Position numbers and translations under genes: made by a program. Of a stretch of DNA of 64,000 nt, positions 36,820-48,829 are shown in pieces (positions within the stretch are counted from its first letter, which is position 1; every line of letters begins with the position of its first letter). The DNA lies in the NCBI RefSeq assembly GCF_057098645.1, contig NZ_CM169472.1; one strand, written 5' to 3'. Below the pieces are notes generated by a model, which saw only the letters and a list, made by a program, of their open reading frames with translations, ran no database searches and was not told the origin of the DNA.

Positions 36820-37578
36820 ATGCATTACCAGCCAAAACAAGATTTACTCAATGATCGCATTATCCTGGTGACGGGAGCCAGTGATGGTATTGGTCGTGAA
36901 GCCGCGATGACGTATGCACGCTATGGTGCGACAGTGATTCTGTTGGGCCGTAATGAAGAAAAATTACGTCAGGTAGCCAGCCACATAAACGAAGAAACTG
37001 GGCGTCAGCCACAGTGGTTTATTCTCGATTTGCTGACCTGCAGGTCCGAAGATTGCCAACAACTGGCACAGCGCATTGCCGTTAATTATCCGCGTCTGGA
37101 TGGTGTTTTGCATAATGCCGGATTGCTCGGCGATGTTTGTCCAATGAGCGAACAAAATCCACAGGTCTGGCAGGACGTCATACAGGTCAACGTTAATGCC
37201 ACCTTTATGCTCACCCAGGCACTGCTTCCTTTATTACTCAAATCGGACGCCGGTTCACTGGTCTTTACTTCATCAAGCGTTGGACGTCAGGGACGAGCCA
37301 ACTGGGGCGCATATGCAGCGTCGAAATTTGCCACCGAAGGGATGATGCAGGTACTGGCCGATGAATATCAGCAGCGCCTGCGCGTCAACTGCATTAACCC
37401 AGGCGGTACGCGCACCGCAATGCGTGCCAGCGCCTTCCCGACCGAAGATCCACAGAAACTTAAAACACCCGCTGATATCATGCCGCTCTACCTCTGGCTG
37501 ATGGGCGATGACAGCCGCCGTAAAACCGGCATGACCTTTGACGCCCAACCGGGCCGTAAACCAGGAATTTCCCAATGA
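36820..37578 (+). CDS. yciK: short-chain dehydrogenase/reductase
   Basis: 252 aa; TGASDGIG Rossmann motif, YxxxK. Confidence 0.9.
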   Translation: MHYQPKQDLLNDRIILVTGASDGIGREAAMTYARYGATVILLGRNEEKLRQVASHINEETGRQPQWFILDLLTCRSEDCQQLAQRIAVNYPRLDGVLHNAGLLGDVCPMSEQNPQVWQDVIQVNVNATFMLTQALLPLLLKSDAGSLVFTSSSVGRQGRANWGAYAASKFATEGMMQVLADEYQQRLRVNCINPGGTRTAMRASAFPTEDPQKLKTPADIMPLYLWLMGDDSRRKTGMTFDAQPGRKPGISQ

Positions 37579-38165
37579 GTGATGAACGCTACCAACAGCG
37601 TCAGCAGCGAGTGAAAGAAAAAGTAGATGCTCGTGTGGCCCAGGCCCAGGATGAACGCGGTATTATCATCGTCTTTACCGGCAATGGAAAAGGCAAAACC
37701 ACCGCGGCATTTGGTACGGCAACACGCGCAGTTGGTCACGGAAAAAAAGTGGGCGTCGTGCAGTTTATTAAAGGCACCTGGCCTAATGGCGAACGCAATC
37801 TGCTGGAGCCACATGGCGTTGAGTTTCAGGTGATGGCAACGGGCTTTACCTGGGATACACAAAACCGCGAGTCTGATACCGCCGCCTGCCGCGAAGTCTG
37901 GCAACATGCAAAGCGGATGCTTGCTGATTCCTCACTGGATATGGTTTTGCTTGATGAGCTGACTTATATGGTGGCGTATGACTATTTGCCACTGGAGGAA
38001 GTGGTGCAGGCGTTAAATGAACGTCCACATCAACAGACGGTGATTATCACGGGTCGAGGCTGTCATCGGGATATTCTTGAACTGGCGGATACGGTGAGTG
38101 AGTTGCGCCCCATCAAACATGCGTTTGATGCCGGTGTAAAAGCGCAGATAGGGATCGATTATTAA
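37575..38165 (+). CDS. btuR: cob(I)yrinic acid a,c-diamide (cobalamin) adenosyltransferase
   Basis: 196 aa; P-loop GNGKGKTTAA; start overlaps yciK stop. Confidence 0.9.
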   Translation: MSDERYQQRQQRVKEKVDARVAQAQDERGIIIVFTGNGKGKTTAAFGTATRAVGHGKKVGVVQFIKGTWPNGERNLLEPHGVEFQVMATGFTWDTQNRESDTAACREVWQHAKRMLADSSLDMVLLDELTYMVAYDYLPLEEVVQALNERPHQQTVIITGRGCHRDILELADTVSELRPIKHAFDAGVKAQIGIDY

Positions 38166-38171
38166 TCTGTA

Positions 38172-38200
38172 AAAATGCCGGATATGACGTCCGGCATACT
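38172..38200. terminator. hairpin between convergent btuR and rluB
   Basis: atgccgga tatgacg tccggcat. Confidence 0.6.
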
Positions 38201-38204
38201 TTGA

Positions 38205-39080
38205 TTAACCGTTATTATTACGTCCGCCAGAACGACGACCGCCGCTCATCTGACTGTGACGTTTCACCGCACGACGAATCTGATTCGCCTTCATGCGACG
38301 ACGGTCTTTTTCTACAGCGACTTTAGAGCTGGTTTCTGGCGGTAGCTCCACCAGTTCGCGCAGATAGTTAGTCTGGGCGAGGTCCAGCTCCGTCCAGCCA
38401 CCGCGTGGCAGACCTTTTGGCAGTGGGATATCACCGTAACGAACACGGATCAGGCGGCTCACCTGCACACCAACCGCTTCCCACAGACGACGAACTTCAC
38501 GGTTACGGCCTTCGGTCAGAGTCACGTTGTACCACTGGTTGATCCCTTCGCCGCCGCTGAACTTGATGGTTTTAAAAGCTGCCGGACCATCTTCCAACTG
38601 CACGCCACGACTCAAATCACGCAGTTTCGCGTCGTCAACCTGACCAAATACACGCACGGCATATTCACGTTCAACTTCACGGCTTGGGTGCATTAAACGG
38701 TTTGCCAGTTCACCATCGGTGGTGAACAGCAGCAGACCACAGGTATTAACGTCCAAGCGACCCACGGCAATCCAGCGTGCGCCACGCAGTTTTGGCAGAC
38801 GGTCAAACACCGTTGGACGTCCTTCCGGATCGTTACGGGTACACAACTCACCTTCCGGTTTGTAATAGGCCAGAACGCGACAAATTTGTTCAGCGGACTC
38901 ACGTACCGAAATCAGGTGACCATCGATACGGATTTTCAATCCAGGGGTAACTTCAACACGATCGCCGAGTTTAGCAATTTTGCCATCAACACTCACACGA
39001 CCGGCTTCAATAATAGATTCGATTTCACGGCGAGAACCGTGGCCGGCACGCGCCAGCACTTTCTGTAGCTTTTCGCTCAT
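38205..39080 (-). CDS. rluB: 23S rRNA pseudouridine synthase B
   Basis: 291 aa; S4 domain plus RsuA-type catalytic domain; Arg/Gly-rich tail. Confidence 0.9.
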   Translation of the reverse strand: MSEKLQKVLARAGHGSRREIESIIEAGRVSVDGKIAKLGDRVEVTPGLKIRIDGHLISVRESAEQICRVLAYYKPEGELCTRNDPEGRPTVFDRLPKLRGARWIAVGRLDVNTCGLLLFTTDGELANRLMHPSREVEREYAVRVFGQVDDAKLRDLSRGVQLEDGPAAFKTIKFSGGEGINQWYNVTLTEGRNREVRRLWEAVGVQVSRLIRVRYGDIPLPKGLPRGGWTELDLAQTNYLRELVELPPETSSKVAVEKDRRRMKANQIRRAVKRHSQMSGGRRSGGRNNNG

Positions 39081-40011
39081 AGAGCTTCCTTTTGGTGTCG
39101 CCTTCCCAGGCGTCTGATATGCTTTTGTGCAACAGTGAGTCAGAACTTACATCTGACTCACTGATAGTAAAGTCTGTTTGAACTCTTCAGGCCTTAAGTA
39201 AACGACTCGACGTTTTAACTGGCCTGGCTTTGAGGCGCAACATACTACACTATCTTTATGGTTAAAGCTTGTTTCGATTAACATCAGCTTAATTACCAGC
39301 CACCACCGCCTCCGCCACCCGCGCCGCCAGCACCACCACCGGAATAACTTCGCCCCAACAAACTGGTATTGGCCCCCAGACTCAGGTGCATCTGTAATGA
39401 GAACAAAACGCCACTACGGGCAATTTCCGGGGCACTAACAGCCGCTGTGAGTGATGGGGTGATACGTGCGACCCATTCTCTTCCAAGGTTTGCTGAGACT
39501 GCCCAACCTAGCAACGCGTAATCCAGTTTCCGTGTTTCCCCTTTCCGCCGCCGCCCACTGTGTGTTGCTGCCTCTTTACGCGCAAGATAGTTAACGATAG
39601 CTTCACCGTGGGCATAACGTTGCTGCCCAGTTTGGGTAAACTTTGGCAGAAAAATATACCCCATACCAGTGAGATAACCGGTCAGGAAAACAGCGCTAAA
39701 ATAACCCGCTGGCATATACCAGTAAAAGAATACATCTCCGACATTGATATAGAGAGAATAAAAGGCCACGCCTGAACAAATCAGCGGTAAAAACAAAGTG
39801 ATGATGGCACGATTAACGCAAGGCTTGTCATCATCGCGGGCAAACAAAAGCTCAAGGGAACAAAATAAAAAAGGAAGAAGCCAGCAGATCATAATAAACA
39901 TATCGCCCACCAGACTCATTCCTGCCCAGCCTACAGGACTCAGGTTACCGTAAAGAATGAACCGCCCCGGGAATCCTGGAGACTAAACTCCCTGAGAAAG
40001 AGGTAAACAGG

Positions 40012-40338
40012 ATGACTAAAAATACACGTTTTTCCCCCGAGGTCCGTCAACGGGCAGTTCGTATGGTTCTGGAAAGTCAGGGCGAATATGACTCACAATG
40101 GGCGGCAATTTGTTCCATTGCCCCAAAGATTGGCTGTACACCAGAGACTCTGCGTGTGTGGGTTCGTCAGCATGAGCGGGATACCGGGAGTGGTGATGGT
40201 GGACTCACCACCGCTGAACGTCAGCGTCTGAAAGAGCTGGAACGTGAAAATCGTGAACTGCGCCGCAGTAACGATATCCTTCGCCAGGCTTCCGCTTATT
40301 TTGCGAAGGCGGAGTTCGACCGCCTCTGGAAAAAATAA
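40012..40338 (+). CDS. IS629 OrfA (HTH transposase subunit)
   Basis: 108 aa [19 protein letters not shown]..., leucine zipper C-terminus. Confidence 0.9.
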   Translation: MTKNTRFSPEVRQRAVRMVLESQGEYDSQWAAICSIAPKIGCTPETLRVWVRQHERDTGSGDGGLTTAERQRLKELERENRELRRSNDILRQASAYFAKAEFDRLWKK

Positions 40339-41225
40339 TGCCGCTGCTGGATAAGCTGCGTGAGCAGTACGGGGTCGGACCGGTATGCAGTGAACTGCAT
40401 ATTGCCCCGTCAACGTATTACCACTGTCAGCAACAGCGACATCATCCTGATAAACGCAGTGCCCGTGCTCAGCGCGATGACTGGCTGAAGAGAGAGATAC
40501 AGCGCGTATACGATGAAAATCACAAGGTATACGGTGTGCGTAAAGTCTGGCGTCAGTTGTTACGGGAAGGTATCAGAGTGGCCAGATGCACTGTGGCACG
40601 TCTCATGGCGGTTATGGGACTTGCCGGTGTTCTCCGGGGTAAAAAGGTCCGTACTACCGTCAGCCGGAAAGCCGTTTCCGCAGGCGACCGCGTAAACCGT
40701 CAGTTCGTGGCAGAACGTCCTGACCAGCTGTGGGTGGCTGATTTTACTTACGTCAGCACATGGCAGGGCTTCGTCTATGTGGCGTTCATCATTGATGTGT
40801 TTGCCGGATGTATCGTGGGGTGGCGAGTCTCATCGTCTATGGAAACGACATTCGTGCTGGATGCACTGGAGCAGGCGTTGTGGGCCCGTCGGCCGTCCGG
40901 CACAGTCCATCACAGTGATAAAGGTTCTCAGTATGTATCACTGGCCTATACGGAGCGACTAAAAGAAGCAAAACTGCTGGCATCAACAGGGAGTACAGGT
41001 GACTCGTATGACAACGCGATGGCGGAGAGCATCAATGGTCTTTACAAAGCGGAGGTAATACACCGTAAGAGCTGGAAAAACCGTGCAGAAGTGGAACTGG
41101 CCACACTCACGTGGGTGGACTGGTATAACAATCGACGATTGCTGGGAAGGCTGGGTCATATCCCTCCGGCAGAAGCAGAAAAAGCTTATTATGCTTCCAT
41201 CAGAAACGATGATCTGGCAGCCTGA
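40338..41225 (+). CDS. IS629 OrfB (DDE integrase-like catalytic subunit)
   Basis: 295 aa in the overlapping frame; rve/DDE domain. Confidence 0.9.
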   Translation: MPLLDKLREQYGVGPVCSELHIAPSTYYHCQQQRHHPDKRSARAQRDDWLKREIQRVYDENHKVYGVRKVWRQLLREGIRVARCTVARLMAVMGLAGVLRGKKVRTTVSRKAVSAGDRVNRQFVAERPDQLWVADFTYVSTWQGFVYVAFIIDVFAGCIVGWRVSSSMETTFVLDALEQALWARRPSGTVHHSDKGSQYVSLAYTERLKEAKLLASTGSTGDSYDNAMAESINGLYKAEVIHRKSWKNRAEVELATLTWVDWYNNRRLLGRLGHIPPAEAEKAYYASIRNDDLAA

Positions 41226-42525
41226 GTTCACAGATAAAACACTCTCCAGGAAAACCGGGGCGGTTCAGAATGACCGCCAATATTGCCAGTCCACCCCATT
41301 GCAAAAACGTATCAGGCCGGTAAAACGAAGACTGTTTACGCGGCAGATAAAATTTCTGCATCCGTAAAAATGCCCTGCGTAAGACTCTGTTGCGTCTCCC
41401 CGTAAGAACGACCTTATCGCCTTTACGAAATAACGCTTCCAGTAATAACTGTTCTGCGGGCAGTAATACCGCATTATTTCTGGTCACGCCTTCATTAACA
41501 CGAATCAGGATTTGCTGGTTCTTGTCAGACTGATCTTCCAGATGAATTTTTCCTTTCACAATCAGATTTACGATATCGGCACAAAAACCTTTATCGTCGT
41601 AAACCAGCTTCGCATCGAGACGTAACATGCCGGGCGTGTAATCTGGCGGAATGACATCGGTTTCAATCACATCTACCGGCGTAAATTGCGGCCTGCGCTT
41701 CCAGAGATATAACCATCCACAAACCAGGAATAGACACGGAAACCAAATTAACAACGATGACGTGGAGGGTAAAAGAAGATGGCTGAAAATATTCGTCGTT
41801 TGTGGAGTCGGGGCATTGCTAAGTAACGAGTGAGGCCAACGGTAGAGTACCGTAAAATCTTCACGATAAAACGGATCGCTGGATTCAATTCTTCCGTCCT
41901 CAAGGATGCGGCCATTTCGATATGTGTCGCCCTCTTCTCCAGTAAAGAGATCGATTTCGCTAAATGGATTACCCGCGATATCAGGGAACTTGAGTGAAAA
42001 TCGGGTCTTATAGATTTCAAACGGCCAGTGGTTACCAGTCACGTTCCAGATTAACAGATCTGAATCTCCCTCACGCAGGAAAGCATTTTTAACCTGATAA
42101 TGAATTTGATAATGATAGTCGCCTTGAGGCAAGAAACGTTGTTTATCGCCCACGACAATACTCATTAACCCGATATGCCAGTCATGATGCCAGGGTTCAG
42201 GAATACCATCACGGGTGACGCCAACAATATGATAGTTCAGCAGTGTAGCGTCCCCATCAGGCTGCATCCAGAGTCGTGGTAAATCACGATAAAAGCCGTG
42301 CTTAATCTGCTGATTTCGCGCCTGAAAATGAATATTTTCTTTGATGTCGAACACCCCATCCGGTTGCAGAGTGGCTTCAACATCAAAGAGCGAGATCCCT
42401 TCTTCATAAGAAGGGATCTCCGTGTTTTCTGCATAACTTAGAGATGATACAAACAGCCCTGCTATCAACAGCAAAATGCAGCGAAACTTCCCTGCCATAG
42501 TCTTCCATCCGTGGAACGCAATTTA

Positions 42526-43146
42526 TTATAAGAAAGGCTTCACATCACCTACGCCTTCACGCACCACGACCGGCGTATCATCGGTAAGATCAATAACCGT
42601 TGTTGGTTTCTGCCCGAGATAGCCGCCGTGAATAATCAAATCTACCTGTTTTTCCAGACGGTCTTTAATTTCTTCGGGATCGGATTCGGTAAATTCGCTG
42701 CCTGGCAGCATTAGCGAAGTGGAAAGCATCGGTTCGCCCAGTGCTTCAAGCAAAGCCTGCGCAATTGGGTTAGAAGGCACACGCATACCGATGGTTTTGC
42801 GTTTTTCCTGCAACAGACGGCGCGGCACTTCCTTCGTCCCCTTCAGGATGAAGGTATAGTTGCCCGGCGTGTTGTTTTTCATTAAACGAAACGCAACGTT
42901 ATCGACAAATGAATAGGTCGAGAGTTCAGAAAGATCGCGACACATCAGGGTAAAGTTGTGACCGTCCGGCAGCTGGCGAATACGACAAATACGCTCCATG
43001 GCGTTTTTATCTTCAATTTTACAGCCGAGCGCATAGCCGGAATCAGTTGGATAAACAATCACCCCGCCTTTACGCACGATCTCCACCGCCTGGTTGATCA
43101 AACGTTGCTGTGGGTTATCAGGATGAATATAAAAAAACTGGCTCAT
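42526..43146 (-). CDS. yciO: Sua5/YciO/YrdC-family protein
   Basis: start set at MSQFFYIHPDNPQQR (206 aa) with GAGGGA RBS; overlaps trpH stop. Confidence 0.85.
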   Translation of the reverse strand: MSQFFYIHPDNPQQRLINQAVEIVRKGGVIVYPTDSGYALGCKIEDKNAMERICRIRQLPDGHNFTLMCRDLSELSTYSFVDNVAFRLMKNNTPGNYTFILKGTKEVPRRLLQEKRKTIGMRVPSNPIAQALLEALGEPMLSTSLMLPGSEFTESDPEEIKDRLEKQVDLIIHGGYLGQKPTTVIDLTDDTPVVVREGVGDVKPFL

Positions 43147-44024
43147 AATTCCCTCTCTGTGGTGTTCTGCGGCTGTTCCCATAGCTGCCAGACGCCTTCA
43201 ACGCCTGCGGGCAGCCAGAGTTTACGACCCAGTTCGATCCACGGGCATGGCTGATGAAAATCAGATCCTTGTGATGCCCATAAATGATGCTGACGCGCAA
43301 GTGTCGCCAGCTGGGTGCGTTCATTGGGCGATTGCTGGCACTGCGCGACTTCCATCGCGTCGCCGTCGTGTTCGGCAAAATGCGCAACCAATCTTTTCAG
43401 CCATTTAGCACTAAGATTGTACCGCCCAGGATGAGCTAGCACCACCTTACCGCCAGAATGATGAATGACATCAATAGCTTGTTCTATTGTACACCACTGT
43501 GGCGGAACGTATCCGGTTTTCCCGCGCGCCAGATACTTTTTAAAGACATCCGCCATTGAACTGGCTTTGCCGCACTCAACAAGGAAACGCGCAAAATGAC
43601 CGCGCGTCACTGCGCCGCCCTGCGCCAGTCGTTGTGCGCCTTCCAGCGCCCCAGGTATTTGCGCTTTTTCAAGTCTTTCGGCAATTTGCTGCGCCCGCTG
43701 ATTGCGCCGTTCTGTCTGCTGCGCGAGGAACTCACACATTAGCGGATGAGTAATATCAATATTCAGCCCGACAATATGAATTTCATGATTTTCCCAGACC
43801 GTGGAAATTTCCACGCCGGGAATAAGATTCAGCGCCAGTCCCGAACGTGAAATTTCCTCTCTTGCTGGCGCGATTGCAGCTGTGGTGTCATGGTCGGTGA
43901 TCGCCAGGGTGCCGACGCGCATCTCGACTGCACGGTGCACCAATGCTTCTGGCGTCAGGCAGCCATCGGAAGCTGTGGTATGGCTGTGCAGGTCGTAAAT
44001 CACTGCGTAATTCGTGTCGCTCAA
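43143..44024 (-). CDS. trpH: PHP-domain 3',5'-nucleotide bisphosphate/RNA 5' phosphatase
   Basis: 293 aa; PHP histidine motifs (DLHSHT...); divergent from the trp promoter. Confidence 0.85.
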   Translation of the reverse strand: MSDTNYAVIYDLHSHTTASDGCLTPEALVHRAVEMRVGTLAITDHDTTAAIAPAREEISRSGLALNLIPGVEISTVWENHEIHIVGLNIDITHPLMCEFLAQQTERRNQRAQQIAERLEKAQIPGALEGAQRLAQGGAVTRGHFARFLVECGKASSMADVFKKYLARGKTGYVPPQWCTIEQAIDVIHHSGGKVVLAHPGRYNLSAKWLKRLVAHFAEHDGDAMEVAQCQQSPNERTQLATLARQHHLWASQGSDFHQPCPWIELGRKLWLPAGVEGVWQLWEQPQNTTEREL

Positions 44025-44099
44025 GGCGCACTCCCGTTCTGGATAATGTTTTTTGCGCCGACATCATAACGGTTCTGGCAAATATTCTGAAATGAGCTG

Positions 44100-44136
44100 T
44101 TGACAATTAATCATCGAACTAGTTAACTAGTACGCA
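44100..44136 (+). promoter_or_regulatory. trp promoter with TrpR operator
   Basis: TTGACA (44100-44105), 17 bp spacer, TTAACT (44123-44128); operator palindrome cgaactagttaactagtacg overlaps the -10. Confidence 0.9.
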
Positions 44137-44162
44137 AGTTCACGTAAATAAGGGTATCGACA

Positions 44163-44207
44163 ATGAAAGCAATTTTCGTACTGAAAGCTTGGTGGCGCAC
44201 TTCCTGA
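44163..44207 (+). CDS. trpL: trp operon leader peptide
   Basis: 14-codon ORF [14 protein letters not shown] with tandem Trp codons. Confidence 0.9.
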   Translation: [14 protein letters not shown]

Positions 44208-44249
44208 AACGGGCAGTGTATTCACCATGCGTAAAGCAATCAGATACCC

Positions 44250-44278
44250 AGCCCGCCTAATGAGCGGGCTTTTTTTTG
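44250..44278 (+). terminator. trp attenuator (3:4 terminator hairpin)
   Basis: agcccgcctaatgagcgggct followed by tttttttt, about 20 nt before trpE. Confidence 0.9.
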
Positions 44279-44298
44279 AACAAAATTAGAGAATAACA

Positions 44299-45861
44299 AT
44301 GCAAACACAAAAACCGACTCTCGAACTGCTAACCTGCGAAGGCGCTTATCGCGACAATCCCACCGCGCTTTTTCACCAATTGTGTGGGGATCGTCCGGCA
44401 ACGCTGCTGCTGGAATCCGCAGATATCGACAGCAAAGATGATTTAAAAAGCCTGCTGCTGGTAGACAGTGCGCTACGCATTACAGCTTTAGGTGACACTG
44501 TCACAATCCAGTCCCTTTCCGGCAACGGCGAAGCCCTGCTGACACTACTGGATAACGCCCTGCCTGCGGGTGTGGAAAATGAACAATTACCAAACTGCCG
44601 TGTGCTGCGCTTCCCCCCTGTTAGTCCACTGCTGGATGAAGACGCTCGCTTATGCTCCCTTTCGGTTTTTGACGCTTTCCGCTTATTGCTGAATCTGTTG
44701 AATGTACCTAAGGAAGAACGAGAAGCCATGTTCTTCGGCGGCCTGTTCTCTTATGACCTTGTGGCGGGGTTTGAAGATTTACCGCAACTGTCAGCGGAAA
44801 ATAACTGCCCTGATTTCTGTTTTTATCTCGCTGAAACGCTGATGGTGATTGACCATCAGAAAAAAAGCACCCGCATTCAGGCCAGCCTGTTTGCTCCGAA
44901 TGAAGAAGAAAAACAACGTCTCACTGCTCGCCTGAACGATCTTCGCCAGCAACTGACCGAAACCGCGCCACCGCTGCCGGTGGTTTCCGTGCCGCATATG
45001 CGTTGTGAATGTAACCAGAGCGATGAAGAGTTCGGTGGCGTAGTGCGTTTGTTGCAAAAAGCGATTCGCGCCGGAGAAATTTTCCAGGTGGTGCCATCTC
45101 GCCGTTTCTCTCTGCCCTGCCCGTCACCGCTGGCGGCCTATTACGTGCTGAAAAAGAGTAATCCCAGCCCGTACATGTTTTTTATGCAGGATAATGATTT
45201 CACCCTGTTTGGCGCGTCGCCGGAAAGTTCGCTCAAGTATGACGCCACCAGCCGCCAGATTGAGATCTACCCGATTGCCGGAACACGTCCACGCGGTCGT
45301 CGTGCCGATGGTTCACTGGACAGAGACCTCGACCACCGCATCGAACTGGAAATGCGTACCGATCATAAAGAGCTTTCTGAACATCTGATGTTGGTGGATC
45401 TCGCCCGTAATGACCTGGCACGCATTTGCACCCCCGGCAGCCGCTACGTCGCCGACCTCACCAAAGTTGACCGTTACTCTTACGTGATGCATCTGGTCTC
45501 CCGCGTGGTCGGTGAGCTGCGCCACGATCTCGACGCCCTGCACGCTTACCGCGCCTGTATGAATATGGGGACGTTAAGCGGTGCGCCGAAAGTGCGTGCT
45601 ATGCAGTTAATTGCCGAGGCGGAAGGTCGTCGCCGCGGCAGCTACGGCGGCGCGGTAGGTTATTTCACCGCGCATGGCGATCTCGACACCTGCATTGTGA
45701 TCCGCTCGGCGCTGGTGGAAAACGGTATCGCCACCGTGCAAGCCGGTGCTGGCGTAGTCCTTGATTCTGTTCCGCAGTCGGAAGCCGACGAAACCCGTAA
45801 TAAAGCCCGCGCTGTACTGCGCGCTATTGCCACCGCGCATCATGCACAGGAGACTTTCTGA
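44299..45861 (+). CDS. trpE: anthranilate synthase component I
   Basis: 520 aa; chorismate-binding domain. Confidence 0.95.
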   Translation: MQTQKPTLELLTCEGAYRDNPTALFHQLCGDRPATLLLESADIDSKDDLKSLLLVDSALRITALGDTVTIQSLSGNGEALLTLLDNALPAGVENEQLPNCRVLRFPPVSPLLDEDARLCSLSVFDAFRLLLNLLNVPKEEREAMFFGGLFSYDLVAGFEDLPQLSAENNCPDFCFYLAETLMVIDHQKKSTRIQASLFAPNEEEKQRLTARLNDLRQQLTETAPPLPVVSVPHMRCECNQSDEEFGGVVRLLQKAIRAGEIFQVVPSRRFSLPCPSPLAAYYVLKKSNPSPYMFFMQDNDFTLFGASPESSLKYDATSRQIEIYPIAGTRPRGRRADGSLDRDLDHRIELEMRTDHKELSEHLMLVDLARNDLARICTPGSRYVADLTKVDRYSYVMHLVSRVVGELRHDLDALHAYRACMNMGTLSGAPKVRAMQLIAEAEGRRRGSYGGAVGYFTAHGDLDTCIVIRSALVENGIATVQAGAGVVLDSVPQSEADETRNKARAVLRAIATAHHAQETF

Positions 45862-47456
45862 TGGCTGATATTCTGCTGCTCGATAATATCGACTCTTTTA
45901 CGTACAACCTGGCAGATCAGTTGCGCAGCAATGGGCATAACGTGGTGATTTACCGCAACCATATCCCGGCGCAAACCTTAATTGCACGCCTGGCGACGAT
46001 GAGCAATCCGGTACTGATGCTTTCTCCTGGCCCCGGTGTGCCGAGCGAAGCCGGTTGTATGCCGGAACTCCTCACCCGCTTGCGTGGCAAGCTGCCCATT
46101 ATTGGCATTTGCCTCGGACATCAGGCGATTGTCGAAGCTTACGGGGGCTATGTCGGTCAGGCGGGCGAAATTCTCCACGGTAAAGCGTCGAGCATTGAAC
46201 ATGACGGTCAGGCGATGTTTGCCGGATTAACAAACCCGCTGCCGGTGGCGCGTTATCACTCGCTGGTTGGCAGTAACATTCCGGCCGGTTTAACCATCAA
46301 CGCCCATTTTAATGGCATGGTGATGGCAGTACGTCACGATGCGGATCGCGTTTGTGGATTCCAATTCCATCCGGAATCCATTCTTACTACCCAGGGAGCT
46401 CGCCTGCTGGAACAAACGCTGGCCTGGGCGCAGCAGAAGCTAGAGCCAGCCAACACGCTGCAACCGATTCTGGAAAAACTGTATCAGGCGCAGACGCTTA
46501 GCCAACAAGAAAGTCACCAGCTGTTTTCAGCGGTGGTGCGTGGCGAGCTGAAGCCGGAACAACTGGCGGCGGCGCTGGTGAGCATGAAAATTCGCGGTGA
46601 GCACCCGAACGAGATCGCTGGGGCAGCAACCGCGCTACTGGAAAACGCAGCGCCGTTCCCGCGCCCGGATTATCTGTTTGCTGATATCGTCGGTACTGGC
46701 GGTGACGGCAGCAACAGTATCAATATTTCCACCGCCAGTGCGTTTGTCGCCGCGGCCTGTGGGCTGAAAGTGGCGAAACACGGCAACCGTAGCGTCTCCA
46801 GTAAATCTGGTTCGTCGGATCTGCTGGCGGCGTTCGGTATTAATCTTGATATGAACGCCGATAAATCGCGCCAGGCGCTGGATGAGTTAGGTGTTTGTTT
46901 CCTCTTTGCGCCGAAGTATCACACCGGATTCCGCCACGCGATGCCGGTTCGCCAGCAACTGAAAACCCGCACCCTGTTCAATGTGCTGGGGCCATTGATT
47001 AACCCGGCGCATCCGCCGCTGGCGTTAATTGGTGTTTATAGTCCGGAACTGGTGCTGCCGATTGCCGAAACCTTGCGCGTGCTGGGGTATCAACGCGCGG
47101 CGGTGGTGCACAGCGGCGGGATGGATGAAGTTTCATTACACGCGCCGACAATCGTTGCCGAGCTGCATGACGGCGAAATTAAGAGCTATCAATTGACCGC
47201 TGAAGATTTTGGCCTGACGCCCTACCACCAGGAGCAACTGGCAGGCGGAACACCGGAAGAAAACCGTGACATTTTAACACGCTTGTTACAAGGTAAAGGC
47301 GACGCCGCCCATGAAGCAGCCGTCGCGGCGAATGTCGCCATGTTAATGCGCCTGCATGGCCATGAAGATCTGCAAGCCAATGCGCAAACCGTTCTTGAGG
47401 TACTGCGCAGTGGTTCCGCTTACGACAGAGTAACCGCACTGGCGGCACGAGGGTAA
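45861..47456 (+). CDS. trpD: anthranilate synthase component II / anthranilate phosphoribosyltransferase (bifunctional)
   Basis: 531 aa; N-terminal glutamine amidotransferase (GICLGHQ) fused to TrpD; start overlaps trpE stop. Confidence 0.95.
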   Translation: MADILLLDNIDSFTYNLADQLRSNGHNVVIYRNHIPAQTLIARLATMSNPVLMLSPGPGVPSEAGCMPELLTRLRGKLPIIGICLGHQAIVEAYGGYVGQAGEILHGKASSIEHDGQAMFAGLTNPLPVARYHSLVGSNIPAGLTINAHFNGMVMAVRHDADRVCGFQFHPESILTTQGARLLEQTLAWAQQKLEPANTLQPILEKLYQAQTLSQQESHQLFSAVVRGELKPEQLAAALVSMKIRGEHPNEIAGAATALLENAAPFPRPDYLFADIVGTGGDGSNSINISTASAFVAAACGLKVAKHGNRSVSSKSGSSDLLAAFGINLDMNADKSRQALDELGVCFLFAPKYHTGFRHAMPVRQQLKTRTLFNVLGPLINPAHPPLALIGVYSPELVLPIAETLRVLGYQRAAVVHSGGMDEVSLHAPTIVAELHDGEIKSYQLTAEDFGLTPYHQEQLAGGTPEENRDILTRLLQGKGDAAHEAAVAANVAMLMRLHGHEDLQANAQTVLEVLRSGSAYDRVTALAARG

Positions 47457-48818
47457 ATGATGCAAACCGTTTTAGCGAAAATCGTCGCAGACAAGGCGAT
47501 TTGGGTAGAAGCCCGCAAACAGCAGCAACCGCTGGCCAGTTTTCAGAATGAGGTTCAGCCGAGCACGCGACATTTTTATGATGCGCTACAGGGTGCGCGC
47601 ACGGCGTTTATTCTGGAGTGCAAGAAAGCGTCGCCGTCAAAAGGCGTGATCCGTGATGATTTCGATCCAGCACGCATTGCCGCCATTTATAAACATTACG
47701 CTTCGGCAATTTCGGTGCTGACTGATGAGAAATATTTTCAGGGGAGCTTTGATTTCCTCCCCATCGTCAGCCAAATCGCCCCGCAGCCGATTTTATGTAA
47801 AGACTTCATTATCGACCCTTACCAGATCTATCTGGCGCGCTATTACCAGGCCGATGCCTGCTTATTAATGCTTTCAGTACTGGATGACGACCAATATCGC
47901 CAGCTTGCAGCCGTCGCTCACAGTCTGGAGATGGGGGTGCTGACCGAAGTCAGTAATGAAGAGGAACTGGAGCGCGCCATTGCATTGGGGGCAAAGGTCG
48001 TTGGCATCAACAACCGCGATCTGCGTGATTTGTCGATTGATCTCAACCGTACCCGCGAGCTTGCGCCGAAACTGGGGCACAACGTGACGGTAATCAGCGA
48101 ATCAGGCATCAATACTTACGCTCAGGTGCGCGAGTTAAGCCACTTCGCTAACGGTTTTCTGATTGGTTCGGCGTTGATGGCCCATGACGATTTGCACGCC
48201 GCCGTGCGTCGGGTGTTGCTGGGTGAGAATAAAGTGTGTGGCCTGACGCGTGGGCAAGATGCTAAAGCAGCTTATGACGCGGGCGCGATTTACGGTGGGT
48301 TGATTTTGGTTGCGACATCACCGCGTTGCGTCAACGTTGAACAGGCGCAGGAAGTGATGGCTGCGGCACCGTTGCAGTATGTTGGCGTGTTCCGCAATCA
48401 CGATATTGCCGATGTGGTGGACAAAGCTAAGGTGTTATCGCTGGCGGCAGTGCAACTGCATGGTAATGAAGATCAGCTGTATATCGATACGCTGCGTGAA
48501 GCTCTGCCAGCACACGTTGCCATCTGGAAAGCATTAAGCGTCGGTGAAACCCTGCCCGCCCGCGAGCTTCAGCACGTTGATAAATATGTTTTAGACAACG
48601 GCCAGGGTGGAAGCGGGCAACGTTTCGACTGGTCACTGTTAAACGGTCAATCGCTTGGCAACGTTCTGCTGGCGGGGGGCTTAGGCGCAGATAACTGCGT
48701 GGAAGCGGCACAAACCGGCTGCGCCGGACTTGATTTTAATTCTGCTGTAGAGTCGCAACCGGGCATCAAAGACGCACGTCTTTTGGCCTCGGTTTTCCAG
48801 ACGCTGCGCGCATATTAA
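47457..48818 (+). CDS. trpC: indole-3-glycerol phosphate synthase / PRA isomerase (bifunctional)
   Basis: 453 aa two-domain TIM-barrel protein directly after trpD stop. Confidence 0.95.
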
Positions 48819-48829
48819 GGAAAGGAACA

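Larger units (their letters stand above)
39958..41267 (+). mobile_element. IS629 (IS3 family), 1310 bp, apparently intact
   Basis: terminal inverted repeats TGAACCGCCCCGGG...CCGGGGCGGTTCA; orfA/orfB in the usual -1 frameshift arrangement; flanked by direct GAA repeats at 39955-39957 and 41268-41270. Confidence 0.9.
39293..42498 (-). pseudogene. yciQ: yciQ (DUF2207 membrane protein) split by an IS629 insertion
   Basis: N-terminal about 410 codons at 41268..42498 and C-terminal about 221 codons at 39293..39957 are colinear in the same frame once 39958..41267 is removed. Confidence 0.85.

Noticed and set aside
39293-39360. Gly-rich low-complexity stretch (GGAGGAGGGGGGGW) that might look like a simple-sequence repeat
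   Set aside because: It is the in-frame C-terminus of yciQ rather than a tandem repeat locus.
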